Shown piece after piece: positions 26,352-39,877 of a DNA stretch of 64,000 bases; within the stretch, counting starts at the first letter, position 1; each line of letters opens with the position of its first letter. The position numbers were made by a program, and so were the translations under genes. The stretch spans positions 4,198,490-4,262,489 of the forward strand of contig OZ316893.1 in assembly GCA_973895155.1 (NCBI GenBank), in the 5' to 3' direction. The notes under the pieces are model-generated. The model was not told the DNA's origin. It saw nothing but the letters and a program-made list of their open reading frames with translations, and did not search any database. Origin of the DNA: Marsupella aquatica. Lineage: Eukaryota; Plantae; Marchantiophyta.

Positions 26352-28493
26352 CTTATTTATAAAACTCGAACAGAAGCTAGAGTTGGGGTCTATAGAAGCC
26401 TAGACCCCAACTCTACAGTAGCTTCTATAAGTAAGTTTGGGCATCACATCAATAAGATAGGGTTTATAAAGTAAGATTGATAAAGACAATTGATTCACAC
26501 TTATCTGGTCACTCGGCTAGACTATAGCCCCCACTATAGAGTGACAGTCACTCTAGATAAGACAAAATTGAGTGGATACCGAAAACATGGATGGTTACTA
26601 AGACAAAGGGGAACAACATCTATTTTTTGCAAGTTTTTTTTTGTCTTATCTTTATTAATATTCAAAAAATGAGCATTCACGCTCCTATTAGTTATTTCCT
26701 GTGATTGTACAATATTGTGATAGTAAGTGATGCGAAGAGAAAATGTTGTTGCGTCCTTCACCACTCGTATTCAGAAGATCATTTTGACGACTATTTGGAG
26801 ATGTGTGAGCTAAAAGGAGAGCCACAGGTTACCCAAGGAAAAGGTGCACCAACTTTAAGTTCATCTCATGATTAGGAAAAGAAAGAGTATAGCCATAGGT
26901 TAAGGGGATTTCGCAGTCAAAACATAATTTCATAAGTAGTCCATTTCTTTTTTATACATAATACAGTTTTAAATAAATACAATTGCACAAACGGGGATAA
27001 AAGTTGTGAGCAAAATTTAATACCCTGTAATCGTACATCATCCCGTTGCTTACTATACAAACGGTGCTTTTACAGTTGAAACGGATGTCTCGTTAGAGCC
27101 CCCCCTAATAATACATCATCCTGGAGGGAAAACTTCATACCGCTTGTAATTATTAGCACATACATCACCCCTTTCACCCGTCTAACGTCACTCATGAACG
27201 TTGTCAATAAGTTGTTGCTACCTGCCTCAGAATTGGACGGAAGACTTTGCGTGGGAAGAATTCCAAAGAACGTACAAGTACAATTGTACAAAGCGTTGTG
27301 TGTGATTCGGCGCTGACAAGACACGCGAGTAAGAGATCCTCTGGTCGGGAGTGAGTCGCAAGAGTCCACTCAATGGGTATCTCACTATCTCGGGAGTGAG
27401 TCACAAGAGTCCACTCAATAATGGATATGTCTCACGGAGAAACTACAGTCCTTGTTTTTTCGGTCACGCTGTTTTGATGCGACTGAGATTCAACGAAAGG
27501 TCACTAGATGGTCCTCGGTGTCGCACATTCAGCAGCGGCAGCTGTCAACCTGCTGTGGTCATTGCATGTCTGGTAAGGAGACTAATGCGGATTACTGTGG
27601 GTGCGAATGTTTTTGCTGCTATATTCGAACTGCTCTCCATTCGATTCCGTTCTAGAGCGGGTGGCCTTGCTCGAGGTTCTATTTCGTTCCGGAGGCTGCG
27701 GCGCCGTGCATGGCGGTCAGGATCACGCAACAACTGCATGAGTTTTTGGAGAGCTTGAGAATGATTCATAGTTGACGATAGAGAGCGGGTCCAAACTTGG
27801 AGTGACGATAGAAGACAATCATAGGCCCCGTGTTTCCTGGATTTGAATGTCGTGGACTGACTGTCGAGAATGAGTTTAGGGCGATGCCATTTCGCTCGAT
27901 TCCACTACTGCCGAAGCTGTTGATGGTCATGAGAGATATTGAACCCCTGGAACCCTCCGCGCTTGAAGGTCGATAGTAGAGAAAAGGCTTTGCCCAGAAA
28001 TAGGTTTTTTCTGTTCTACCGTGCGTGATCTCGAGGTTGAGCTATTTCGGTCAAAATCCATTTGGACCCACATTTTCACTGGTTCCTCGTCCTTACCACT
28101 ATACACTCATTTCTTTTCTGCAAGAGAAGAAGTCGCGGGAGGTAACTGGGTACTGCGAGTACTTTCAATCACAATCCATTGCGCGCTACCTCAATGTGCC
28201 AATTTCTCTGCTTCGTTGCTAGAGAAGGCTGAATGTCGAAGAAAAACAGTAGCTAGCGGACCGGTGGACCGTCCCGATTACGTGGATTCACGGACACATG
28301 TGGGATTCCTTTCGTGCCTGAACGTCCGGCGTTGTATTTGAGCTTCAGCAGGATCTTGACAGTAGCGACGAAACTCGAGAAACAATGTGCACTCTGCAGG
28401 GGCTGCGTACGGTAGTCTGAGCAGTTTGTTCACTCTCGAGCTGATCGTTTTTTGGCATTCAGCGGGCTTCGTACTACGTAGGGGCTTTCAGCA

Positions 28494-28874
28494 ATGGCGA
28501 GGAAAAACTTTGCAGGCAAGTCTTCACTTTGTCCTCCGAGCTGGCGTGTAAATTTAGCAAAAGTGAAGTGGAACAAGATCATCTACGATCGGATCAATGA
28601 AGTAGAGAAAGGCGAGGAGTCGACGAAACCTCAGAAACCGCTGAGGCTGGGCAGAAAGAAGAGTTTCCGACGAAGGGTGGGCTCATTTAGGATCCGTGTG
28701 ACAAAGTTGCGTATAAGGATCAAGCTATCTCCCATGTTGTGGCTCAGGAGACTATGCGATGCCTATGTGAACATGATGCTGGGAGTCACTGAACAGGTGG
28801 GAGGTGGAGGAGGCATGGTTATGGGTTTTCATAGCATGTATCCTATGCGGGAACCGAGCAGACGTCGCGTCTAG
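28494..28874 (+). CDS. Small basic uncharacterised plant protein (126 aa), single exon
   Basis: Intact ATG-TAG ORF in unique sequence; pattern YDRI...RLG...RIR..KLR...SPMLWLRRLCDAYVNMML resembles a conserved land-plant family (SP..LL.RLRDAYV.MML). Confidence 0.72.
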   Translation: MARKNFAGKSSLCPPSWRVNLAKVKWNKIIYDRINEVEKGEESTKPQKPLRLGRKKSFRRRVGSFRIRVTKLRIRIKLSPMLWLRRLCDAYVNMMLGVTEQVGGGGGMVMGFHSMYPMREPSRRRV

Positions 28875-31800
28875 GAACCGCATTGGTCCTCTACGTCATT
28901 GTGATAACAGTCCTGATTTTCTTTGTATGCAAGGGCATCTCAACGCAACTTTAATAGCTAACCAGTTGAGGTCGATGCGCACTTGCCGGAGGTAGCATCC
29001 ATTTGCCTGTAACAGATTCTAATTCCAATCTCATCATATCCACCCGGGAGCTTATCTAGAAAACAGTTAATTGTTTTGCTTGGGACACATGTAGGTCCTC
29101 ATTTTCACTTTCTCAGAACTAGGCTGTAACCTGGAGGAGGTTGTGCCATATGAAACGTGAGAAGATGCACCTCGGTGTTCCAAGTGCTAATAATTTTCAT
29201 GTCTCCGTATGAAAACAGTCTAGGCAGGGAATCGCAATTGTCCAGGTCTTCTGCCTCTTGTAGCGTAGACCTCAGGGATGATTTTGGGCCCTTCAGAACT
29301 CATAATTGCCCGAGAGATTGGCATTGAGAATGCACTACTTTTGCACCCTTCCCCAATGGGACGTCGATAAAGGATCTGGTACATTTCTTTCATTTCCGGT
29401 GCCTAACATTAAAATTTTGTCAAGCAATATTTTTTATAAAATTTAGACGTTAGCCAAAGATAGCTTTTAATGGACAAGTTGCTATTAGTTGCGAGTCAAT
29501 TGCGAGTCAATCAACAGCTGGGTCTCCTTCCTTTAAAGTTGACAGTTCCTCGCCTCCCCTTTTGAGAATCTGGCTGCTCCCGTCATTAGCCTGTCTGCCG
29601 GTGCGTGGTTTTTGGCCGGTGCGTGGTTTTCTAGTTAAGCGGGCGATATTTGATAACACTTGTTCCGTGTCGTGTCATACTTTCAGATATGAGTTGTTGG
29701 GACATCCTGTGAAAGCCGCGCTTCTTAGGATCGATTATGTAGATTGTAGTGCTTTGTTAGGCAAAAAATAGGTTAACTTCGCCTAGCAACAGAATGGATT
29801 CGCACTAGCTTCCTATCCCAAGTTGATCTGCAGCCCATCCTGATCTTGGGACGTCGCTATAACTCCCCGAAAAGTTTCCCTTCGCTACTTTTGGGAGCAG
29901 CGCGAGATGTCAGGACCTTGACTTGTGGTCGCTGGATTTTGATGCAAGGTACCGGGTATCAATGTTGTCTGGTCTCAAGATCGATCGATGCCGTCGAACC
30001 CGGGAACTATGTGTTGTCCAGAGATCAATTTCCCTCGCTGGTTCCTGGATTATAGACTCGAATGATGAGCACAAACTAAAATTCGCCTGGCCTCGAAACG
30101 GACAGAATTGAATGTGTTACTTCCCTACATTAGTGTGCATGAGTTCTGTCGTCAGTGGCTCTCTTATGGGATCGAGAACCTTCACAGGATTGATATTGAG
30201 TGTGCTCTTTGAGCAGACTCAATACGTATCAACGGTTTATTAGCAGCCCTGGCATTAGTTGCGACAGGCATATTGAGGATTGGTATACTCGCTACCCGTG
30301 TGACATTGGGCGTTGGCACTGTCAGTTCGGAAAGGTCGAGATTTAAGTGTACACTTTAACCCTTCTTAAGCTTCCACTCAAATTGCAAACGGAGACTTCT
30401 TCGTGCCCTAGAGTAGTGCTTTCGGCAGAATTCTAAAAGTTTGCCCCCTACCTTTGGAAGATGGGATCCATAAAACTGACACTTGAAAGCAGAAGGGACC
30501 GAAAGGTGGTCCTCATGTTCTCGAATGCTCCAGTCTGACCGTTCAGAGATATCATGATTCTAGCGAAGTGGGAACCTTTAGGGTGACGGTCCACGAGCAC
30601 ATAATCGGCTCCATAATCTATTTTTGGTCACTCAACAAACGCCATAATCTATTTTATCGCCACTGGATGTGCTCCTTTCTGCTGGATTTTCTTTCTTAAA
30701 AATCAGACGAGACATTTCAGTCGTCTGTTGAAGAGAGCTACATGTTCAGACGGGACCCTTTATCACATGGAATCCATGACACGTACATCTTAACTAGGAT
30801 GACATAATTCTGCAAGAAGTTTTCATTCGAAAAACCTCATTTTGGTTCCCATGCAAATTTGTAGGATTGAAATGAAAGAACCATCTGTCAGTATGACTCT
30901 TTCACGAAAAGCCTAAATATGTTCGTATGTCTTGGAAAATTATTTCATATTCTTTGCCGAGCTCATGGAAGGGCTACAATAAGTTGTAAAGGCTGAAACT
31001 TGGAAATGAATAAGGTCCCATTTCTCTGTACCGGAAAGGAGATTATTGAAAGGTAGAAGTTATGGAAGACTCGATTATGGCGATAAAATAGGTAGAATCG
31101 CCACTCGAGTCTATCTATTTGATCGCTGAACTAATTTTTTGGGTTTATCGATAAAATAGAAATGAGCTCATCTGCATATTGCGAGCACAAATTTTGGAAG
31201 AGAACGGAAAGTGGCTCATCTGGAGATTAGGTGGACGACCACTTTTGAAAACCTTTGAAAAACAAGAGAAAATACAGCTGAAGAAGACTACTGTAGATCA
31301 CCTTTGAAAAAACAACGATAAAATATATCTCGAAATGTTGTTTCATTTTAGATTAGTTGGTTAGAACTAGGATGAAGGCCTAGGGTCTAGATGGCGCACT
31401 GCAAGGTGGAACTTCTGAAAATGGTCATGATGCTACTCACCATCCATTTCACGAATTTACTGAAACTCACCATCCATTTACGGAAAAACTCGGGCAGTGA
31501 GGATAGCACTTGTCATAATAGCTGATCTATTGCGCACTCATTTTGTGGAAGGACTTTTCATGAGGACATTTTTCTTGACATATATTTCTGCCATAGCAAT
31601 GAATTTCTGGCAGATGCAGGCCCTATGAATGATGAATACAGACATGCACAGATAGTCATCGCCACACCAAATCATCGTCACATTAGAGCTGAAGGTGCAG
31701 CAGAATGTATAGATTGGCCTATGGACAGATTGTGGGTCCAAGCCTTTCACATACAATAAAGAACACCCTGGTAATCATATTTACTCGTTGTTCGATTTGG

Positions 31801-31922
31801 TTGTGTGAACGCGAATTCTTTCAACAACCGTAGTTGCTACCTTATATTGCTCAACTTGACTTTTTAGATCATTGCATGCGAGAGGCTTTGTAAAACAGTG
31901 GTATGGTGGCATGGCCATCAAT

Positions 31923-34481
31923 AGGGGTCTCGGTAACTGCACATCAAAATATGACATATAGGATGTATGACATCATAATCCTAGTTTTTTTCTTTCAGTC
32001 AATGAATAGAGTCACATTTTGATGTGTGATTACCAGCAAGGCATCAACAGTAGAAAAGCTAGTCCCTAAAGGAACAATAATTGTTATCCACAGAAATATG
32101 AGGTGGAATGGCTGTATAACCAAAGGTTGCCGCTGTGAATGGTATGGAACTGCCCTGGCCAAACCGATGACCTAATCTCTTGAACGTCAGCTTTCGCTGC
32201 AATACAATCATCACGCCAATTGGTGGCTTCCTTCTTCCTGAGGTTATCTCGTTCTTGGGATGGGAGAAAGACTGTCATCGCAATAAAAGCAAACTGTTAC
32301 GCGAACGTGGTGCAGACAAGTACGTTATTGTTGAAGTAAATTACAGTGAAGCCACTGCCTTCCAATACTTCAGAATAGGGTGCCAGGGCTCTGAGCTCGT
32401 GAATTGTGTATGGCGACGTTTGAGCCGAATTCACATTAAGGATAATCGTGACTGTCCTGCCTCCACCAATTCTTCAGAGGAGGGTGCCAGGGTACACATA
32501 CTTGAAATATCAATTTTGTTCCGAAATGACGTCGCTCTTCAGAATTCTACACGACCGTCTGAGCTGAATCCTCATTTAAGGTTCAATAGAAAGGAGACTC
32601 ATCAGTGGTCTCAGGAATAGCCCCAAAAAGTTAAACTGACTAGAACAACCTGTAGTAGGGCGTCTCAAATATAGGGCGTTTGAGTAATTTTTCACGCCCG
32701 GGAGTATCAGTGCCCGGGACTCTGGACAGGACTGGTCGGGCACCGATTGTGGTGCCCGACCAGTCACGCCCGTGAAAACTCCGCCCGACCGGGATTACAA
32801 AAAATGAACAAGGAACGAAATGTTAACGAACAATAGGCCATTAGCATTTACATCTGCGACTCGTGTCATAATTCAATACTCAAAAAAATGTTGGCCCGCA
32901 TCAACCCTCTCGCGGTGCCCCAGAGTGCGTCTCGGGCTGCCCGTGAATGAAATTTTTTTCTCATATATGAGACGCCCTACTATATCATTCTGCAATATTT
33001 CACATCTGCGTCAAGAGAACACTCCGGACTCTGGAGATGGTAATTCCTGGTCGTATGTTAGGGTTACCATTCAATGATGTCTCCTGTTAAAGCGTATCTA
33101 TCTGCACAATCCTCGTACTACTCATTCATCGGAAAAAATCGTACTCTGCAGTGGTCACGACTTTACCGTAGTCTCAACCCTCAACCCTATGCCTCGTCCT
33201 GTCGCCTACAAACTCTATTCGGCATCGATCGGCTCTCACATAGCCGTGCCTGTAATACGTACGACTTCGACTCACTACCGTAGTTACGGTAGTTTGTAGA
33301 ATGTTGGCTGGTAGGCGGGGTAGGGCAAAGCAAGATCGGCATGTGGCTCAATCTGGTAGAGAATGACATTTTCATTGTCGCTGTGGAATACCCTGGCGGC
33401 ACCATCGCTTGATTTCGGTGGACCTTCCACTGTATACCAAAAGTATTCCCCCTTCGCTCGATCCATTTATTGGATTCGTGAAGCACTAAGGACGGCGTGA
33501 GCCCATTAAACTCGTAGAAGAAGTATTAAACTCTGGAACTTATTTCAATACTCCGGACCACGACGACGATGCAGCCGGCCAAGACCCGTTCTTCTGCATT
33601 TTTCCTCATACTTTCTATGAGAAAAAGAATAATTATCGATGGATGAATTGAGCAAAACCCTCGATCACCTTTTGTTGATGAATTGAAGTTGTTCATGGAT
33701 AGTTTGACACCAGACGTTGAAGGGTGATCTGCCCTAACTAAGGTGGAAGTGGTGTGGACTTGGGTTCTTAGTTGTGTTGACAATTACGAAGCACGGATGG
33801 TTGTGAATCAGCTACTGTACTTCACTTTCTTATTTCTGCCTCAAATATGTTTCATTTTCTTATGTCTCCCGCAAATATGTACTGATACGATGCCATATAC
33901 CTTTCTACACCCGGGTCGACACCATTATTAGCATGCATTGTAATGAGTTAGGCCAAACTTGGATGTAGTTAGTGAGGTATAACGTGCATTATTTTTGTGT
34001 AAGCTTTCAGGGTCAAGTAGCTTGGTTATCTTGAGATGCTTGAAGTCCGTAATATCAGCCAAGGAAAGGAGTGTTGTCAGTTCGACTGTTTTCTGGAAGG
34101 TCAAGGGCACAGATCATTTCCCTTTTCTCAATTTGTGTGAGATGTGTCATCGGGTGTGTCAGAGGATGTTTTTCAGAACACGGCTGGAACATCATAATAT
34201 AACAATAAATGCTGTATCATTCAATACCATGATAGACCCAAATGTGTTGTGTTAATCAATGAATATTATTCTAAATAATACTTGGCAGGACACTTCAGCC
34301 TCCGGTTCCAAGAGAATGCGTGGGATTGCTTAGCTCGTGCTCCAACCCCCCTACTGGTAATCACACATCAAAATGTGATTGCATTCATTGATTGAAAGGA
34401 AAAAACTAGTATTATCACTTGTATGCAGGGGTGTCTTCCATAGTATATGTCATATTTTAATGTGCAGTTACCGAGACCCCT
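31923..34481. mobile_element. Non-autonomous element bounded by ~120-bp imperfect TIRs (pack-type)
   Basis: AGGGGTCTCGGTAACTGCACATCAAAATATGACATATA (31923) vs TATATGTCATATTTTAATGTGCAGTTACCGAGACCCCT (ends 34481); inner arms also match (~31975-32040 vs 34350-34416). No clear TSD. Confidence 0.75.
32655..32980. mobile_element. MITE with TA target duplication
   Basis: TA|GTAGGGCGTCTCAAATAT...ATATATGAGACGCCCTAC|TA. Confidence 0.8.
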
Positions 34482-35725
34482 CCAACCCTGGCATGAAGCT
34501 TCACTCTGACTTTCTCAACCTTCATATTGGAGATTTGGGGGTTGACGTATAAAGTAAATGCTAATTTGGAGTATTATTTTATCTAGAATAAATTTTAAAC
34601 CACCTAACAGGTGATCCAAATGTCTTCAAACTTTGACTCTTTTATTCAAAAGATTTGTATTTGATGAATTTCATTTCAAAATATTTTTGGTCTGTCTTCA
34701 TCTTTAAGACAAGAACTTCAGACCCTACAATTTGCTTTGTTGTAAAAAAAGTCACAAGGGCCCATGTCTTTCAATACCACCCTCAGTCATACTAGTACAG
34801 ATACTAGAACCAGCTACAAAATGATGTGAGTCAAATGAGGACAACCCTGGTTGTATACTGAAAAAATTAACCGATAACTGTGAACAGTGTGAACCCCGGA
34901 TGTCAACCAGTGGAAGCACCATATCTTACTATTAGACAAATTGCTTCAGTAGGTTTTTTCTTCTATTTTGCTCTAACGCCCATTCTTGGCAAATGTGAAG
35001 CCAGATCAACCACTTGTGACAAATCAAAGTCTCTTTTGGTTAAACTGGACACGCCGCGTGAACTGTGCAAATGTGGTGACGCACACGGGTGCCCAGATCT
35101 GAATCCATTGGCCGTGGTCCCAGGGTGAGCCGGTAGTAGGTATTGATGCTTGCGTGGGCCCCCGGGTTCTTAAGTTATTACCGATGTTATGATAACTGAG
35201 CTACAAGGTCAAAAAGGTGGTAGACTATCAGCTCAGATGGTCCTGCCTACATACTCTATCACACAAGATGAAAGCCAAGTTGGAATTTTTATTTAATGGG
35301 GGGCCGCCCACCGTGGGCGTGAATCTACAAGCCGGCCGTATCGGCTGGCGGAAAAGCCATTTCAGGTACTAAATAGAAAAAAATAGGTGCAAATTCCATG
35401 AACCAAGCTTGGGGGTTTCACTTCCACAAAAATGGCATATCACATGTGACGAAGGATAGGGTCATTTTATTGGTTCTAACGGAAGACTTAAGAATTTTTG
35501 CAGAAGAACAATAAGGTCTTTTAAATACAATTTGAGACTTATAAGAACATTAGAGTCTTTTTAATCCAATTTTGGGAATATTCCAAGAATAATCCAACTT
35601 TATAGGGGTTAAAAAATAATTTTTTTTCTTACATTTTAGGGGGCCCTAGGCCTAAAAACGTTGCAGGTGATGGGGAGGTCCCCATATAGTGAGACCCCCA
35701 AGGAACCAAGAACCACTTTTTTTGA

Positions 35726-35798
35726 AGGAGAATAGTTCCAATGGTAGAACAATGGTCTCCAAAACCAAAGGTTAAGGGTTCGAACCCCTTTTCTCCTG
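35726..35798 (+). tRNA. trnW: tRNA-Trp(CCA), mitochondrial type, probably a NUMT
   Basis: Acceptor stem AGGAGAA/TTCTCCT plus discriminator G; D-loop AATGGTA; anticodon loop CTCCAAA; T-arm AAGGG-TTCGAAC-CCCTT. Confidence 0.88.
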
Positions 35799-38204
35799 AT
35801 TTGACAACGAATGCGGAAACCCGAGGTGCTAAGAGCTTGTTTCTCCCATCCTGAATTCCAGAAAGGAAGCGTAGTTGCATAGGGGGCGCGGTGTGAAACA
35901 CATGGGACAACCCTGGTTGTAGCCATGATGGAACTCAGAATAGTCAGTTATTTATTTAATTTTCAGAGTCCTAGTGTACTCGTTGGTGAGGGTTTAACGA
36001 AATATTTATCTTATGTGTGCATAGCATTTTGTGTCTTCAGGTGTGCTCTGACGGCAGTGTCCATATTATATTCTTCTAGACCAGAAGTTAGTACGTAGAT
36101 CGATTCCTTGAGTGACCCTTTTGCGTAGTGCAGCTTGCTTTGCAGACGTGGATGGAATATTTTATAGAACTGTAGCACTGCCTGGGTCCAGAAGATAATC
36201 CAAAACCCAAAAAGTGTTCAGAATTTTAAGAAAGGGCCAAACAAAATATACTTAAGGGAAAGCGAAGGAAGATTTGAATAGGACCAACACCAACCATTAA
36301 AGAAGAGGCATATGCAAACCCCGAAAATCTAGAAAGAGGTAAAAGAATAAAATGGGGGAAAGGACCAACCGGAGACCAACCACTAAAGAAGAGTAAAATG
36401 CAATGCCCAATATCTAGAAAGAGGACCAAAAAAGGGGGAGAAGAGCAACCCCAGACCAACCACTCAAGAAGACAAGGCACATCCATAGCATAAAATACCT
36501 AGAACGACGAGAAAGAAGAAAAGTGGAATCGAGCAGGCAATGCAATATTGTGAGGAGCCAGCCTTGGTCCACAGGTAATGGCAAAGTGTCATGAGCTACT
36601 CATGGACATCTAGTCTTGTAAATAAACCAGGAAGTGGAATAATTGTATGTCCTTTAATCTAACGGGCAAGCCTTTGCATAGGCACACTAGGGTGTCTCAA
36701 AGCTTGGCATTAACAAGATAAGGCCCTCCCATAACTCAAGGATTATGGGAACACCCGTAAAACTTATGGGAATCGATCTTCGGCTACCGTAAGGAAAGCC
36801 CGTGGGCTCAACACTTAACCCGTAACTTTCTTGCAACTTTAGGCAGAAATCTGGAAATCCAGGACCTCGGAACTCCGGGAAGCCCCGACTGAAGGCACGT
36901 GGGATTTGCTCTTGACGTGGTGATTGTTGCTGCATTTGAGGCAGCGACTGATCAAGAATTGAGGAAAAAATAATATATGCTGTGAGACAGGTGAGGCCGT
37001 AACTCCTGCCTTATGGGGCGGGTCAATGTTACCTCCCCCTATTTTTAAAATTCTATAACTAGGTCCCATAACCTCAGTTATTGGATATATCACAAATCTG
37101 TAATTTTCTTGAATGACCAAACTTTCTTGAAGCCATCTCTAGCTTTGAGATCTACAATCATAGATAGCTCAAGCCTGCATACGCTGTATTGTCACTGAAA
37201 TCTGCTGATGAAAGGGAGTGGTCAAAACAGGTAATGGTACTGTTCCTATGGAACCCACCCTTCTGTGAATATTTTGAGTTGTCTATCAATTGAAGAAGAC
37301 AATCAAACTGATGATGGAGTTGTCCAAATCTCTCAGTAGTGAAGAGGGAGGAAGCTATCAGTCTGATGAAATCTGTCCAACATTACTTCATATTTATTTT
37401 ACCTCTATTGTTGCTATTGCAGGCCCCGCCTCTGTCACTCTATCCCAGTGATGTCTTGTCATACAGGGTTTGGCCGGATCGCGCCTGTTGGGCAATGGAC
37501 TGGGCAATGGACTGAGCTTTACAACACAATCCCTCAGTCCCCATCTATGAGATACTCAGCAACAATGAGCTTAAGTTAGCTGCACATTAATTCAAGCTAA
37601 CTCCTGCTTGAATGTGCATATTTTAAGCAACATATCTAACCTTGCTCAGGTACATAATACAGTTAAACTAACTACAGCTAATAGTACTGACATGGCCAAC
37701 ACAACATCAGTCAAGGTGACTGTACTGGCCATCTCAACTAAACTGGACTAGGTGAAATCCAGAATTCACAATGCACATAATTATCCAAATAATATATTGG
37801 ATACAACTACAGACTTGTTTGAATGTGCAATCCATGACACTACAAATGAATGATTGTGTGATTGATTATTTAAAACAACATTATCATGGATTTGAACTTG
37901 AATGTATCAATTTGATTTAATATCTAAGGAAATCCGGAAATTGTTCAGAATTAGGGTTAGCTGCCATGGAGTTGATAAGCAAAACAGAGCAATGCCTCCG
38001 AGAGCTCTGCCCATTGCACATGCACCAAAGTACTAGAGAGAACCTGCACAATAGCATCTTTGTTCAAGAGTGCTATGAAAACAAGTATGCCACTCTATTC
38101 ATTAAAAATGTATTTTACTTTGTTCACTTTGAGGCCCGGTTTGGACTTGTCGGACAAATAGGAGGATTTGGGATGACAAATGACATTTGTCATCCCAGTC
38201 GATC

Positions 38205-38880
38205 CCGGCCGGGTGACAAGGTCGGGCCGTGAGGAAGTAGAGTTGGGCCGGGAGCAGGGCCGGGAGCAGGCCTGGGAGGTTGGCCGGGTCGGGCCGGGAG
38301 ATTGGCCGGCAGTTGGTTAGGGAGAGCCGGGCTGGGAAGGGAGGGAGGGCCAGGAAGAGGAGAGAGTGCCAGGAAGGGGAGGTAGGGAGGGCCGGACCGG
38401 GCTGGGAGTGCAAGCCGGGCCGGGAGTGTGAGCCGGGCCGGGAAGGAACGGCACGGGCCGGTAGCTGGTGTGTCGGCGGGAGGATTAGGGTTTGGCCCAA
38501 ATTAGGGCTTTGGGCGGGAGTGAGGTCAATCTGGGAGGCGAGGTCGAGCCAGGAGGGGTGCATAAAAGGGGAGAAGAAGAGGGGAGGGGTCATTGTTGTT
38601 TGTGGAGGACAAGAAGGGGAAGGAAGGAGAGGAGAAGGAGGAGAGAGGTAAATTTGTGTTTTGGTTTATGTTTTGGTTTATGTTTTGGTTTATACAAACA
38701 AACAAAATACATACACCAAAACACAATTTTTTTTTGAATGTATGTATGAATGTTATTTTGGAATGTATGTATGTATTTTTTTTGTTTGTATATTGTTTTG
38801 TATGTTGTTTGTGTTTTGTTTGAATGTGCCCTAAACCCTAAATTTGTTTGTGCCCTAAACTCTAAACAAATTAATTTTAG
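38205..38880. repeat. GC-rich GGCCGGG repeats followed by TG-rich low-complexity sequence (probable TE remnant)
   Basis: Many GGCCGGG(A) units, (GTTTTGGTTTAT)n and CCCTAAA motifs. Confidence 0.55.
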
Positions 38881-39877
38881 ATTAATGGAGGGATATAAAG
38901 AGATTCTTGTGCGCGCGTGGAGATTTGGCTCGGCATGGGATATTTCGTACAGGAGTATTTTAATATCACCTTAACAATTTGTCATCATTTGTAAATTGAG
39001 TGAAACATTTACGGAGATAGAGAAACCCATGTACGCAAGCTTGGAGCTTTGTCTTGGCATGTGATATTTTGCATGGGTGTCACGATTTGCTGAAAGTGTT
39101 TTCACTCGATCAACAAATGATTGTTAAATTATAGATATCACATGGATCCAAGTAGGAATATTGTAACTTTGAAAGAAAAAAAAACTCTTGTGCATGTGCT
39201 TGGAGCTTATGCTCGGCATGGGATAATTCACAAATGTGTTAGACTCCCTTCTTTTATCGTTGTGACATTCTAAACATTAATAGAAATGAATTGCAATAAA
39301 AGTATGAAATGGGAGAGATAGTGCATAGCAATTCACGTCAATCCGTGATTCTCAGGGTCTTTGTGGGCAGTTTATTGAGTGGTAAGCTTTTACTCCTCTC
39401 ACATATCATTCCGGTGTAGCCACAATGGACTCTCCTCTTTGTGTAGAATACAGGCTAGTGTTGGAAGCGATATATAGAGTTTTTGATGAGGGGGGTGAAC
39501 CGGATCATGTGGCTCTCCAAGCACTCAGGAATGCACGAAACACTCTTGAATATATACCAACTACTAGAAAACTGACTGGGAAGAGAAAATAAAGAGGGGG
39601 GAATGTTTTTTTGTTTGGAAAAGGGGACAAAGCCCGAAACTTTATTGAAAGACATGGAAACCGTGCAATAAACATCTGTCTGATGGAAGGAGACAGGAAA
39701 ACAAGGAAAATTAAGGGGGCTGGAGAAGGAGCACACCCATATGGAAAGAGAGGCACTAACCCATAGATCGCCAGAGAGGGAGGCAGATCAAGATAGTGGG
39801 AGGAAAACTAGGGATGGGAACACGTCACATAGGATCGAGAGTAGACTAGGAGAGAAACAAGAAAGACCACAAAGGAG

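Noticed and set aside
24916-26474. Hydrophobic Phe/Ser/Leu-rich ORFs up to 213 aa
   Set aside because: Artefacts of a stop-poor pyrimidine minisatellite.
38102-38974. Pro/Gly/Arg-rich and Phe/Val-rich ORFs
   Set aside because: Low-complexity repeats with no domain signal.
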